From NCBI RefSeq assembly GCF_026571515.1, contig NW_026865278.1:124001-188000 (forward strand): 64,000 nt of DNA, written 5' to 3'. Shown piece by piece: positions 1 through 11,851 of this stretch (position 1 is the stretch's first letter; every line of letters starts with the position of its first letter). The position numbers and the translations under genes were made by a program. The DNA comes from Ruditapes philippinarum. Lineage: Eukaryota. A model generated the notes under the pieces. The model had not been told where the DNA came from. It saw only the letters and a list, made by a program, of their open reading frames with translations, and ran no database searches.

Positions 1-139
1 GCAAATGAATGTTAGTTATTTTTAAATTTTATATTTATTATTTTTCAGGAAATTGGGATAAAAATTTAGATCAATATTTGGGCTTGCTTTCTTACGTTTT
101 CAAGGCCATTTTTATTATAAAAAATATTTGGGTTTTAAA

Positions 140-572
140 TTTGGCATTATAATCCGTTTTAATTGGCGTTAGTACGCCTTTTGGTTCGCGTTACAACGCC
201 TTTAGATTTTGTGTTATTTACGCCTTTCATTTCGCGTTATAACGCCTTTATTCGCGTTATTACGCATTTTGATTCGCGTTATTACGCCTTTATTCGCGTT
301 ATTACGCCTTTTGATTTTGCGTTATTACGCTTTTGATTCGCGTTATAACGCCTTTAATTCGCGTTGCTACGCCTTTATTTGCGTTGCTACGCCTTTTTTC
401 GCGTTATTACGCCTTTTGATTTGCGTAATTACGCCTTTTGATTCGCGTTTAGTTATAACGCCTTTATTCGCGTTATTACGCCTTTTGATTCGCGTAATAA
501 CGCCTTTATTCGCGTTATAACGCCTTTGTATTTTTATTTTTTATTTCATTTGAACACTATTAGGCTTTCGTA
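140..572. repeat. Minisatellite array (about 21-22 bp unit, consensus approx. TTCGCGTTATTACGCCTTT(T/G)A), probably the internal array of a non-autonomous transposon ending ...GGCTTTCGTA
   Basis: Unit is visibly reiterated from about 165 to 527. ORF 209..520 is a repetitive translation of it (VITPLFALLR repeated). Homology to 9489 starts immediately after 572. Confidence 0.8.
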
Positions 573-2550
573 CTTGAGCCCCTTTATCAGCTAAGGTCTT
601 TAAATTGTAGCTTACATGAATGACCCCCAACCGTGAATACCCCCCCCCTAAGTTTTAAACAACCCTTTATTACAATTTTTTACCCGATTTTAAAAATTTG
701 ACCCGGCGGAAATCAAACCCAAAAATAACCCCAATTTTTTATTGCGACAAATTTTTCACCCAAAGTTTTATGGGGCCTAGGCTCAAATACTTTTGGGCTT
801 TCATGCAATACAAAATTGCTTTTCAAAATTTTTCTAATCCAAATGCAATAACTCTGGGTATGCCTCTTGATTCGACAAGCCCAAAACCCCCCGGTGCAAA
901 AAATTTTTGACCCCAAAAATAAAAAATTTTTTTGGAGGAAAAAACTATTTGGGTTCCCCGGGGTTGGGGAAAACGCCCGTAGAAACACAGGGGGCACCGG
1001 GGGAAATAAAAAAATTTTAAAAAATTTCCCCCTTCCCCCCCAGAGTGAGAGTAAAAAGGGCGATATTTTATCTTCGAAGTCAATAACTGATTTAACTAAA
1101 CAAATATTTTTAGAAACATATTTCGCACAAAGCCAGCCCCACTTTTGTATGACATTTTTGATCTTTAACTGGTTAAAAATGATTAAGGCAAAGGGGCGGC
1201 GTGGAAACTTAAAAAAATTATATTGCTGATTATATTGATGAAGAGGATGTTGATTGTCGGGTCTGCTACTTGCTGCTGCTGATGATAATGATTGATATGT
1301 AGTTATTAACGTTGATCGTGAAGGTTAGCTTCAAACTACGATGAAATTTGTTTAGTTTCAACTGTGTAGAAATATTGTGACATTATATACGGGTCGTTAA
1401 CATTTACTACCATATATTAAAAACGTGAATATGGACATAAAAGAGAGCTGTGTCTATATTCGACCGAAATATGTAGACACACATGAAAACATATTACGTT
1501 TGGTGCCCATACCGGCCGCGCACAGCATCAACAGCAAATAAATCAATAGATAAATTAATAATATTATTGATATTTGGCAACGTCAATATTTTCTTGCAAG
1601 TGTAAATATCATGCAAAAAAGAGAGAAAAATATCGGAGAAGTTATCTCCCCTGGCAGAGACTGATGTTTTTAGAAATAACTAAACATAAGTACAAAACTC
1701 ACATTTTAATTCAAGAAATGAACATGTTTAGTAACAATTGTTAACATAAGAAATGTCAAGTCAAGCCTTATCCAGTATTGTTTTACTTTTCTTTCATACA
1801 TCATAAATGAAGTACGTCAGTGTAACATCAATGTATTAATTATATCTTTTACTTACAGAGATAATAACGATGTAATGCCTATTAAATCATTTGATACCTA
1901 TCTACATGTATATTGTTATGTACATCAAAGTTTATTAAAAAAGGGCGATTACCAATAAACAAACAACCGAGAAAAACAATGGAACAATTTGAAAAAAAGA
2001 TATTCAAATAACAGAAAAATAGAAAAAGAAAATGGCAAAAAAACATCAAAAAACAAACAGCCTCAGAAGCTGGCTGTCCAAAATAATTGTATCATATATA
2101 AAAAAAAAAGAAAGAAAAAAGGAGATTGTCAGTAGTTTCCAAACTATAACTAAGTTAGTGACGCCTACGGAGTCATTTTATTTTGATCTCTATAGTTTTG
2201 TACATTCAAGCAAAAAATAAAAAAGAACGAAAAAATACGAAAACAAATAAACTACAAAGAAAAAAAACGCTTGAAAACTGAATTTCAAATTACAGAAAAA
2301 AAAAAGAAAAGGACAAACAGAGAAATAACCTAAAACGGAAAATAATTCCATCGTATAACAAAGAAAGAAAACAATAAAAAAGCTTCTCTCAGAAAAAAAA
2401 CAACTTTTATTTAAAGGTTGGTTTGACTGAATGTCATATACATTGTTGGACGTAAAGGAATTCACATAGATAAATCAGTCCACAGTTCCAAAGTTTTGAT
2501 AATATCGGTATTCCAGTATTATCATCAAGATATTATTTATGGTTCAAATC

Positions 2551-3502
2551 TTAATGATCAACATTATTTTTTGTTCAATCACATTGTAGTATTTTTCAAA
2601 TTTATGCTTTGTCTAACTTTTGGTTAATGTGTACTAACTAAATAAAATTCACTTAATCTGTCGTCTAACCGCAGTCTAACAAATTTCAATAATGCATTAT
2701 ATTAGGGAGGAGTTAGAGGTATGGTTTACACTCTGATTTGTAAAATGTCAAGGTTAGAAAAAAAATGCCAACATAAAAAAATTAGTCGAGGTCAGGTGTT
2801 TCTAATGAGGATACAATCAACTGATTTATTACATAGATAATACATGTTGGGTACGCAGAGACAAATGATTGCATATTAACTTTTTATATCCTTTGAACAC
2901 TAAGAAAAATGACTGTTATAAATTGCTGTCTGTTTTAAACTTTATATTTTATAGTAAAAGTAACCAAAACATTATTTTCTTTCACTTGATAGGAATAAAC
3001 TGCATTAACAATCATTGATATCAAGAATACAATGATTACATTTTTGGCCGGAAAACTCATTGAAAATGGACCCCCTTCACACAGAAAAAAGAACTGCTTT
3101 TCAAATGAGCAAACCAATAGGGATTTTGAATGTTAGTGAATACCTTGAAGCTATTAACGAATTTGTATCAATGAATAATCTCTAATGCATTTTTTCTCAC
3201 ATTTTCCATTTATTTTAAAAGGATGTACACATTTCATTAACTCCATTGTTTTTTACCTAATTGCATCGTTTCCTCGCTGTTTTTTTTCCAGATATATTAT
3301 AAACATGATACTGTAGACAAAGGTATAAATTCTGTGACTTTTCAGTAAAAAAATGTGCCTGGGCCATTTATTTAGCTTATCTAAATGTGAAACGTTAGAA
3401 ACTTGACAAGGTGTAGACATGTTGTAGAGGGAAAGGGCAGAGCTATTGGTGATTTAGAGAAATGCCTTGTTGTTAGTTGAAAAAAATAATGTTGATCATT
3501 AA
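2551..3502. mobile_element. About 950 bp non-autonomous DNA transposon (MITE) with about 21 bp terminal inverted repeats, present in copy 1 only
   Basis: The left end TTAATGATCAACATTATTTTT (2551) is the reverse complement of the right end AAAAATAATGTTGATCATTAA (ends 3502). The element is absent at the equivalent site near 11870. Confidence 0.8.
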
Positions 3503-3609
3503 ATAGGTTAATGTTTAATAATATGCATTAACAAAAATAATTGGTCGCCTGCCTGCGGCAGCCTTGACCAATTATTTTTGTTAACGCATATTATTAAACA
3601 CTAACCTAT
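3503..3609. mobile_element. Palindromic (hairpin) element, 44 bp arms with a GC-rich loop
   Basis: ATAGGTTAATGTTTAATAATATGCATTAACAAAAATAATTGGTC ... GACCAATTATTTTTGTTAACGCATATTATTAAACACTAACCTAT form a near-perfect inverted repeat. Absent from copy 2. Confidence 0.85.
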
Positions 3610-6600
3610 ACATAATGTGGCCTAATTACATGTGTGTATATCACATAGCCGGCAATAAATAGAATGCCGAGGACCACAGTAGCAATCAGCATATTTCGAG
3701 AGTGGTTTGACATTATCCTCGCATCTTCCATGTGCCCTTTACTCGCTAGAGAACTTGCCTGTGAAAGAAAACAAAACACATTATTTATAACATTTGGCTA
3801 ACGTTAGTTTATATAACCCGATTGGCTACATGTCTTTTATTACATTACTTAAAAAACGACTGCAAAGACAATAACAAATAAACAATAAAATATCACAATT
3901 TATCTCAATTTCTTTATGATTTCACATACTATTCTCATGTAAATCAAAGAGAGCATGTTTTTATCAAAAATTTAAAAAAAATTAAGAACTGTTGACAAAG
4001 TTGTTATAAGTTTTTACTTTTATTTGAATTATTTTTAAAACTGAAATTTCTTATCATTAAGTTTATCCCTTTATAGCCAAATACGTATATCATTTCTCAA
4101 CAGAGCGCCATGTCTGACAGTACAACTAGATAGGTTTACACTAAGTATTAAAGCACAATTCTCAACAGCGTTTAAATGAATAAAATTTGTGCATAACTTA
4201 GTCATAACTTATTAATAACTTATTCATCATAACAAACAAATTAAATTTTATACTTTACCACGCAAGAGAAAAAAATTGCAGAAATTCCTGTGGGCCAGAA
4301 ACAGCACAAACAAGCCAGAATTGACGGGCATAGATAGTCTGGTGGCTTCTGTTGACTCGCACCAACAACCTGTACAGGTACAGGCTGGCAAACAACCTAT
4401 TGCAATAATACTAAAATTTATATTGTTCCGGTTGTCAGGACTTTATATTCAAACAAGAAGAACTTTGTCAATCAGACGTATATTCTCTTTTGTACAGTTA
4501 AAATGATAAAATTAACTTACAACCTGTATTTCAAAGATATGCTATTAAATTACAAGAACATGAATAATTAAATAAATAAAATTTAAAATCAAACTAACAA
4601 AAAGGCTTACAATAACTTAGCATAAACAAATCTTTATATGCCATAAATAAATAAAAAAAACTTCTCGAAAGACTTGTATGTATACTTGCTGGCAAGAAAT
4701 TTGTACAAAAACCATTCGTTTCACGATTTCACACATACACAAAGACCGTTAGATTATATACGTAGAAAAATTTAATAAAAGAAAATTTTACAAATATATA
4801 CCACTTGGGACATTCCCTTTTCAGATCCTCCATTTGGATGGATATTTGGGATGTAACCAGACTGGGCCTGTAAAGGTTGATATCCTGGTTGGTAAGTGTA
4901 CCCGTCTACGGTAGGATGTGGATGTGGTTGATGAGCGGGAAACTGTACAGTACTTGGCGTCTCAAGTTGAGAATCGTCTGTTACTGCTTCATAGGGTGGA
5001 GGAAGATCAGACTTGGAATCTTTAATATAGAAAACGAGCTATTTTAGTTAGTTAATTAGTTAGTAAGTTCGTTCGTTCGTTAGTTAGCGAAGTTAAAATA
5101 TTGCAATAAAAATGAACACAACGTATGCATGTCAGAAATCACACAGGCTAGAGGTTTGTGTCTCACATTCCTGTCTCAAAGATTAAAGACACATTTTATA
5201 GTCATATTATTATTAACAAGTATAATATATTTAAGCTCAGTTGCAAAACATGTTCTTACAACTAATGCAATATTTTGAATACTTTACGTTAGGTCGCTGT
5301 GGATTCTTTTATGTGAGGAAGCTATAGAAGGTCGGTGGTTCTAAACAGGTGACCGCTGTATAGTATATAATGTACAAAGGGGTCAACAGAAAAATCGAAA
5401 CAGATGCTAACAAATAAGCATTCCCCTGAAAAAAGTGTACTATTAACACTCTAAATATCTTAAACGGACTTTTTAGTGTGGACAAAAGTGTTGATCCTTT
5501 CACATTTAACAATACGTGACTGAATAGCGAAAGTTCGTAAGCTAGGTATATAGCTAGCTTTTTTCTATAAGGACCTGCCTGAATGAAGGGGCACCATTAC
5601 TTATGTCTTCCTCCACAGGTAAAGTTAGAATGCCGCCATAGTGTCCTTGTGACATAAAATCCCAACACAAAATTACCTTGTTTTTTAATTGAACTTAATA
5701 GTCAAGATATTTCTCTTTCATTGTGCGCTTCTAATGGATATTGTTAAACTTCCTTTAAAGCGAATTTACTATAAAGAAAGAATATTTTGACCTTGAATAT
5801 TTGATTATGCTTTCTTGGGTGCCAATATTGGATTTTAGTAACTTTCTTTAAAGAAGAAGAAGAAGAAGAACGTTTATTTCACTTAAACTACAAGTTTCTC
5901 GTGATTAACATATATACAAGCATACATATATAATGACATGAAAAATACAATGACATGAAAGCAAACATAATAATTCTATTGAAATTTAGTTGCGTATGCA
6001 AATATTTTGAAGGATGGTAGACCTGAAGGACAGTTGAATATACCTAGCTCTAAATTCACCTGTTTTTCAAAATGATGCATAGTGGATGACAACGCATTTG
6101 TTATGAGACAGTTTATTTAAGTAGCATTTAACTATGCAGGACACACACATTTCTTTAAAAAAATTATTCCTTTTCTCTATATGTTTGGTAGTTGATGACA
6201 GAGCCAAAAGTTAAGACCCTAGAAAATGATAGCGATTTCTGCCATTCGTGTTTTCGCCCTACAACCCCGCCAAGCGAAAAGTCGAGAATAAACAAGTAAA
6301 AATGACGGGGCGCGGGGCAAAGTTTAAAAAAGAAAAGCCAAAAGATTTAATAAAAGTTACGAACTTGTAGGCGGGGCGAAGTTTGTGTGTGTAGTGGGGA
6401 GGGGGCAATGGAAAGGAAGGAGAGGGAAACTTATTAAACATCAATACACATTAATTACAGGAAATAACTTTTTAAATTAAAAGTGTACCGAACCTCAATA
6501 TTGTTTATTTCTGTAATACAAAACATTATCAATAAGCTAATTCCCCGCCAAGCGATATTCTAACAAATGTCATAATTACACAGGATGAAATAATAAAAAA

Positions 6601-8403
6601 ACCCACAAAAATGACCATGTAAATACGATGAGTAGACCAAATGACCATAGCAAATGTACTCAATGTATTTAAGAAAGGCATCACAGCCAAATACCATGCA
6701 TGTGCTGGTACAAGTCGTCTACGACAAAATTAAGAAAACGAAATCAATTCCACTTTTAATGGGTTTCAACAACTGCCAATCGTAGTCTTGCATCTTGATT
6801 TGATTAAAAGTGGAAAGCGTTGCGTCTAACTTTTAGCGTGTTTTCATATCAAGCATCCACAGTGTTTCATTATAATTGAATCATGGCACGATTCATGATT
6901 TGATAATTTCAACAAAAACAAATGTAAAAATACCATAACCCAAAATCATACGCAGTTTATAACAAAGCACTTTTGGACCTCAATTTTTATAAAGCATGTA
7001 TGTCACAAAGTATGACATATACTTGCGACTATCTAAATTACGGTCGGACAAAAAAATCATACGAACATAAAACTATATGTGTCACACCTCAAAATCTAAT
7101 TAAAAAGGTGAAAAATATAAGATTATTTTAGTTCGTACGCATGTGTCACACCTGCAAGTAAAGGTTTTGTCTCACATCATAGTCTCAAAGAACGGCACTA
7201 ATGGTTTGCCCACCGTTCGTCTGTTCACACTTTTGTCCTGGTTATGTGTATGTTATGCTCTTAGGAACTTACATTATATCTAGTGTTAAGAACCTTGATG
7301 CGCAGTGTTGGAGTAAAATTTGTTTAATATAAATATGTACTGCAGTATGCATATTATTGCTCTGATATGCGCCATGAAATTAAATACCAAATCAGTGAAA
7401 CAGGTCCATGATTGTGGGCAGATGGGGTACATGTAGTATGAAGGCATTATATAACATAATTTTATGTTGTCATTTTATCAGGTTATTTTATTGTCGTTTT
7501 TTTTTTCATGGAAATGAAATGAGGAAGAAATGTGATAAAAATATATAGACCCTTTCACTCGGACTATAAAATGATGCCAATGTAACAAATAAAACTATTT
7601 AAACTATTCATTTGCATGTTAATGCCAATGGTTGCAGCCTAGTCAAATTTTATACTCTATATGTTCTATCGTAAATCAGTTATATCTGAGACTTAATTCT
7701 GGAGTCAACTGTTCTTGATGAGTTAAAAACTGTGTTCAACTTTAAACATCAACACTATCTTAGTGAAATGAGGCCCGAAATAGAACAAGCTAGCATTCTA
7801 CTCGTTTTCAGTTATCTTCATTCTGTTGTAACACTGATAAAATTCACCACTTTAAAAACTCTGATTGCTGGCGGGTAGGACATCTTTAATCTTTCCTGAT
7901 TAAAACAACTTTTAAGTCATATAACAAACAAAAACTACAAAGGAAATCTTTATACATGAGATTGAAAACGGGACTTATTGAAGGAGTACATTATGTATTT
8001 AGATCTAATATGGATGTTTCGGACTCTTAAAATGAATATGAGACCTAACTAATACAATATAATCCAAAAGTGATCCAATGATAATTCATATTATGCAAAC
8101 ATGACTGAAAGCATTTCATAAAGGTTGAAATTAAACGTGATAAATTGCACATACATGTAGATTGATAATATTTATTTTAACCGAAACCGGAAGTTTAAAT
8201 AAAACACATTTTAAACATTTTTTTAAAGAATGCATATTAAGTGTGTCATTAGAGTAATGCTTACCACTCAACCTGTACACTTAACTATTCTTTATTAAAT
8301 TATCCAGTATAAATGTTTAAGTTTAATACTAGTTTAACACGTCTAGGATATGTTAGAATAAGCGGAATTATAAATGGTATAAATTAAAGATGAACTTACC
8401 CAT
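3606..8403 (-). CDS. CD225/dispanin family (IFITM/PRRT1-like) membrane protein, copy 1, about 170 aa, 4 coding exons
   Basis: Exons 8403-8400 (ATG G), 5019-4802, 4396-4259, 3758-3606; all GT-AG and phase-consistent. Protein MDSKSDLPPPYEAV...(P/Q/Y-rich)...KPPDYLCPSILACLCCFWPTGISAIFFSCV ASSLASKGHMEDARIMSNHSRNMLIATVVLGILFIAGYVIY...RPHYV*. It shows the CD225 pattern PxDYL..CCF..G..A...S, a G..D.A...S linker and a C-terminal TM helix. Confidence 0.88.
5300..5672 (+). mobile_element. Degenerate SINE body in dispanin intron 1, split by an insertion (paralog at about 13520-13895)
   Basis: TGTGAGGAAGCTAT...GTCGGTGGTTCTA..CAGGTG, then GCCTGAA..GGGGCACC..GTCTTCCTCCAC..GCCATA..AAATCCCAACACAAAA. This resembles mollusc SINE bodies as I recall them; not database-verified. 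Confidence 0.5.
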
Positions 8404-8586
8404 TAGATTGTCAGTACTCATTTTCAATTGCTGGAAACTTAGATAGTCATTGAAAATGATTTGAAAACACAATGTTTTTACTTTTCTCTTAAACGAAATA
8501 TCCGCACTCCTTAAACCTCGAATGTTTTAAAAAAATTGCGTTTACATTGATCGGTAATAAATGCATAAAAGAAACATGATATCTGG

Positions 8587-8595
8587 GTCACGTGA
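8587..8595. promoter_or_regulatory. GTCACGTGA E-box (CLEAR/M-box-like) about 185 bp upstream of the dispanin ATG; conserved in copy 2 at 16872-16880
   Basis: Motif match and position only. Confidence 0.3.
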
Positions 8596-9909
8596 TACTT
8601 AAATTGTGCGTTAAGTTATTTATATACTACACGCTGTCATCGATCGGAAAACAGTAACTGAGTTTACTAAACAATAAAAGATTATTAATAACAATGTAAA
8701 TATTTTTGTTGTAAAGTACGTGTAAAGCAGTAATAAACATAAAATTAAGTCGGTAAATAAAAACGCTACAACGTATACCTTGTGTGGTATATTTCACAAG
8801 ACAGTCCAGACAAAGCAATAATTGTTGCATTAAAATATATTTATAAATGTTCTGATTTTTTCCATTTATTCTGTTTAAGTTTAGAGATTGAAATTCATTG
8901 AAACAGGTCATTCAACATTTCCTTTAACGCGAGGAAAACTCTTAAAGTTACTTCCGTGCCATTATTATATTAACTGATTTCGTTAGTGCATTTTACACTG
9001 AAAAAAAATATGTTTGACGTTTTAACAGTTTATCAATTTATTGAAAATGCTAGGCCTCTTAGAGGCATCAGTCACATATACAAGAATATACATAGAATGT
9101 GAATTATCATAAAAAGATTTCCACAAAATATACTTATGTACTAGATGGCATATACAAATCAAAAACCATGAAAATTAGCTTAGTTATCAGTCACTTAAAT
9201 GCTAATATATTTTTACAAAATACTTTGGTGGCTGATTTGGAACGCTTCTGTGCGTCGTGTTGGCGTCAGACTGCGCGGATGCGCAGGCTGGTCTGGATCC
9301 ATGCTGGTCTTAAACCAACATTTTAACATTAAAATAAACCTGATTTTTTTATGCACTCGTTCAAAAACTTCTGCATTCATAAACCCCCTTACGTCACATC
9401 GATAAAACCTAGGTGTCAAATAGATTAAACATAGTATTAACTGGTACTTTGTAGTCACGTAACAATTTTAACAATGAATATAAAAGTCTGAGCCCTTTAT
9501 CAGTTAAGGTCTTTAAATTGTAGCTTACATGAATGACCCCCAATCGTGAATACCACACCTAAGTAGTTATAAAACCATTTATTCATATTACCAAGTCTGC
9601 CACCAATTCTGAATACAATTATTTTGGTCTTTTCAACAACAATCGTCAAGTTCCAACGATTACATTAGGACAATAAACCTAAATCGGAATTGTCGGTCGA
9701 ATATGACACACTCTTTAGCCGAAAACGGAACATAAAATCTACCATATTCGTTCGGGTTGAGTTTTTTCTCTGCTCACCAAAACGTGTTTGTCACTTACCA
9801 TAAAAAGCGCTTAAAAACTGAAAATACTAACTTATGCGTCACATGTGTTTTCTTTTTACTTAAATAAGCCCGTTTTGCACAACACCGTTTATTTTAAATA
9901 ACATGCATG

Positions 9910-10378
9910 ACAAGTTGAAAATAGCATATTTTGACTAAAAAATGGGCAATAACTCTGGTATAAAGGCAGAAAATCGACAGGCAAAACCAACCGAATGTAC
10001 ACAACTTTATATCGTCACCATAGTGCAATAACATAATAAGTGCTTTTAAATTTAATAGCATTTATTCAGTTATTGCACTAAGGTGACGATATGCTGACAA
10101 TTATTCACCTTAAGTTTCATGACCTAGCTCAAATACTGTTTGGGCTACATGCAACACAAGTATAAATTGCAAATTTGCCTAAGTCAAGGGCAATTACTCT
10201 GGTATGCCTCTCCGATTCGACAAGCGAAACCCCGGGTTCAAAATTTTATGACCCTAACTAAATATTTTTGGAGCAACACTATAGATTCCGGGATGGACAA
10301 ACGCACGTAGACAGACACAGGCGCACGGACAAGTAAACTGTTTAAATTCCCCTTCCCCTCAGAGTGAGGGCATAAAAA
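9910..10378 (+). mobile_element. Helentron/HINE-like non-autonomous element (degenerate counterpart at about 690-1060)
   Basis: Repeated GGGCAATAACTCTGG units (about 9943 and 10188), a GGAC/AGAC microsatellite-like tract, and a terminal CCCTC..GAGGGCATAAAAA hairpin. Confidence 0.5.
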
Positions 10379-11851
10379 GTCGATATTTTATCTTCCAGTC
10401 AATAAATATCAATCTCTAAAATATTTAGCACATATTTTCGACAAAGCCAGCCACTTTGTATTGACAGTTTTCATCTTACTGGTAAAATGATAAGCAAGGC
10501 GGCGTGGACTTAAAAAAATATATTGCTCATTTACAATGACGATGTATCATTGATGATAATGATGATGTGATGTCGTTGCTGCTGCTGCTGCTGCTGATGA
10601 TGATGATGCATTATTATGTTGATGAAGGTAGCTTCAAACTACGATGATAATTTTAGTTTACTGTGTAAAAGGTGCTTCAAACTACGATGATAATTTTAGT
10701 TTACTGTGTAAAATATTGTGACATATACGGTCGGACATTTACTACCAAATTACAAAAACGTATATGGCACATAAAGACAGCTGTGATCAATTCGACCGAA
10801 TATGTAACACACATGAAACATATACGTTTGGTGCCATATACGGCCCGACACGGCATCATCAGCAAATAACAATAGATAAATAATAATATTATTGATATTT
10901 GGCAACGTCAATATTTTCTTGCAAGTGTAAATATCATGCAAAAAAGAGAGAAGAATATCGGAGAAGTTATCTCCCCCTGGCAGAGACTGATGTTTATAGA
11001 AATAACTAAACATAAGTACAAAACTCACATTTTAATTCAAGAAATGAACATGTTTAGTAACAATTGTTAACATAAGAAATGTCAAGTCAAGCCTTATCCA
11101 GTATTGTTTTACTTTTCTTATATATATCATAAATGAAGTACGTCAGTGTAACATCAATGTATTAATTATACATGTATCTTTTACTTACAGAGATAATAAC
11201 GATGTTATAGACGCCTATTAAATCATTTGATACCAGTCTATATTGTTTGTACATTAAAGTAATTAAAAAGACGATTACCAATAAACAAACAACCGAGAAA
11301 AACTAACAATTTGAAAACAGATATTCAAATAACAGAAAAATAGAAAAGGAAAATGGCAAAAAAAACATAAAAAACAGCCTCAGAAGCTGGCTGTTCAAAA
11401 TAATTGTATCATATATAAAAAAAGAAAGAAACAAGGAGTTTGTCAGAAGTTTCCAAACTATAACTAAGTTAGTGACGCCTACGGAGTCATTTTATTTTGA
11501 TCTCTATAGTTTTGTACATTCAAGCAAAAAATAAAAAAGGACGAAAAAATACGAAAACAAATAAACTACAAAGAAAAAAAACGCTTGAAAACTGAATTTC
11601 AAATTACAGAAAAAAAGAAAAGGACAAACAAAGAAATAACCTAAAACGGAAAATAATTCCATCGTATGAAAAAGAAAGAAAACAGTAAAAAAGCCTCTCT
11701 CAGAAAAAAACAAAAACAACTTTTATTTTAAAGTTGGTTTGACTGAATGCCATATACATTCTTGGTCGTAAAGGAATTCACATAGATAGATCAATCCGCA
11801 GTTCCAAAGTTTTGATAATATCGGTATTCCAGTATTATTTTTATCAAGATA

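Larger units (their letters stand above)
575..9265. repeat. Tandem segmental duplication, copy 1 (paralogous to 9489-17552)
   Basis: Colinear matches: 575 TGAGCCCCTTTATCAG = 9489; 1560-2550 = 10880-11870; 3612-9265 = 11870-17552. ORF pairs 4276/12512, 2190/11504 and 6259/14505 are near-identical. Confidence 0.95.

Noticed and set aside
140-530. CRISPR-like appearance of short regular repeats, and ORF 209..520
   Set aside because: The units are contiguous with no unique spacers, there are no cas genes, and the context is eukaryotic. The ORF is just the repeat translation.
698-1229. Four overlapping ORFs
   Set aside because: They lie in an error-rich copy of a non-coding repeat and are not preserved in the paralogous segment.
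4276-4506. Plus-strand ORFs conserved in both duplicates (also 12512..12742 and 13057..13248)
   Set aside because: They are antisense shadows of dispanin exons; the conservation reflects the recent duplication.
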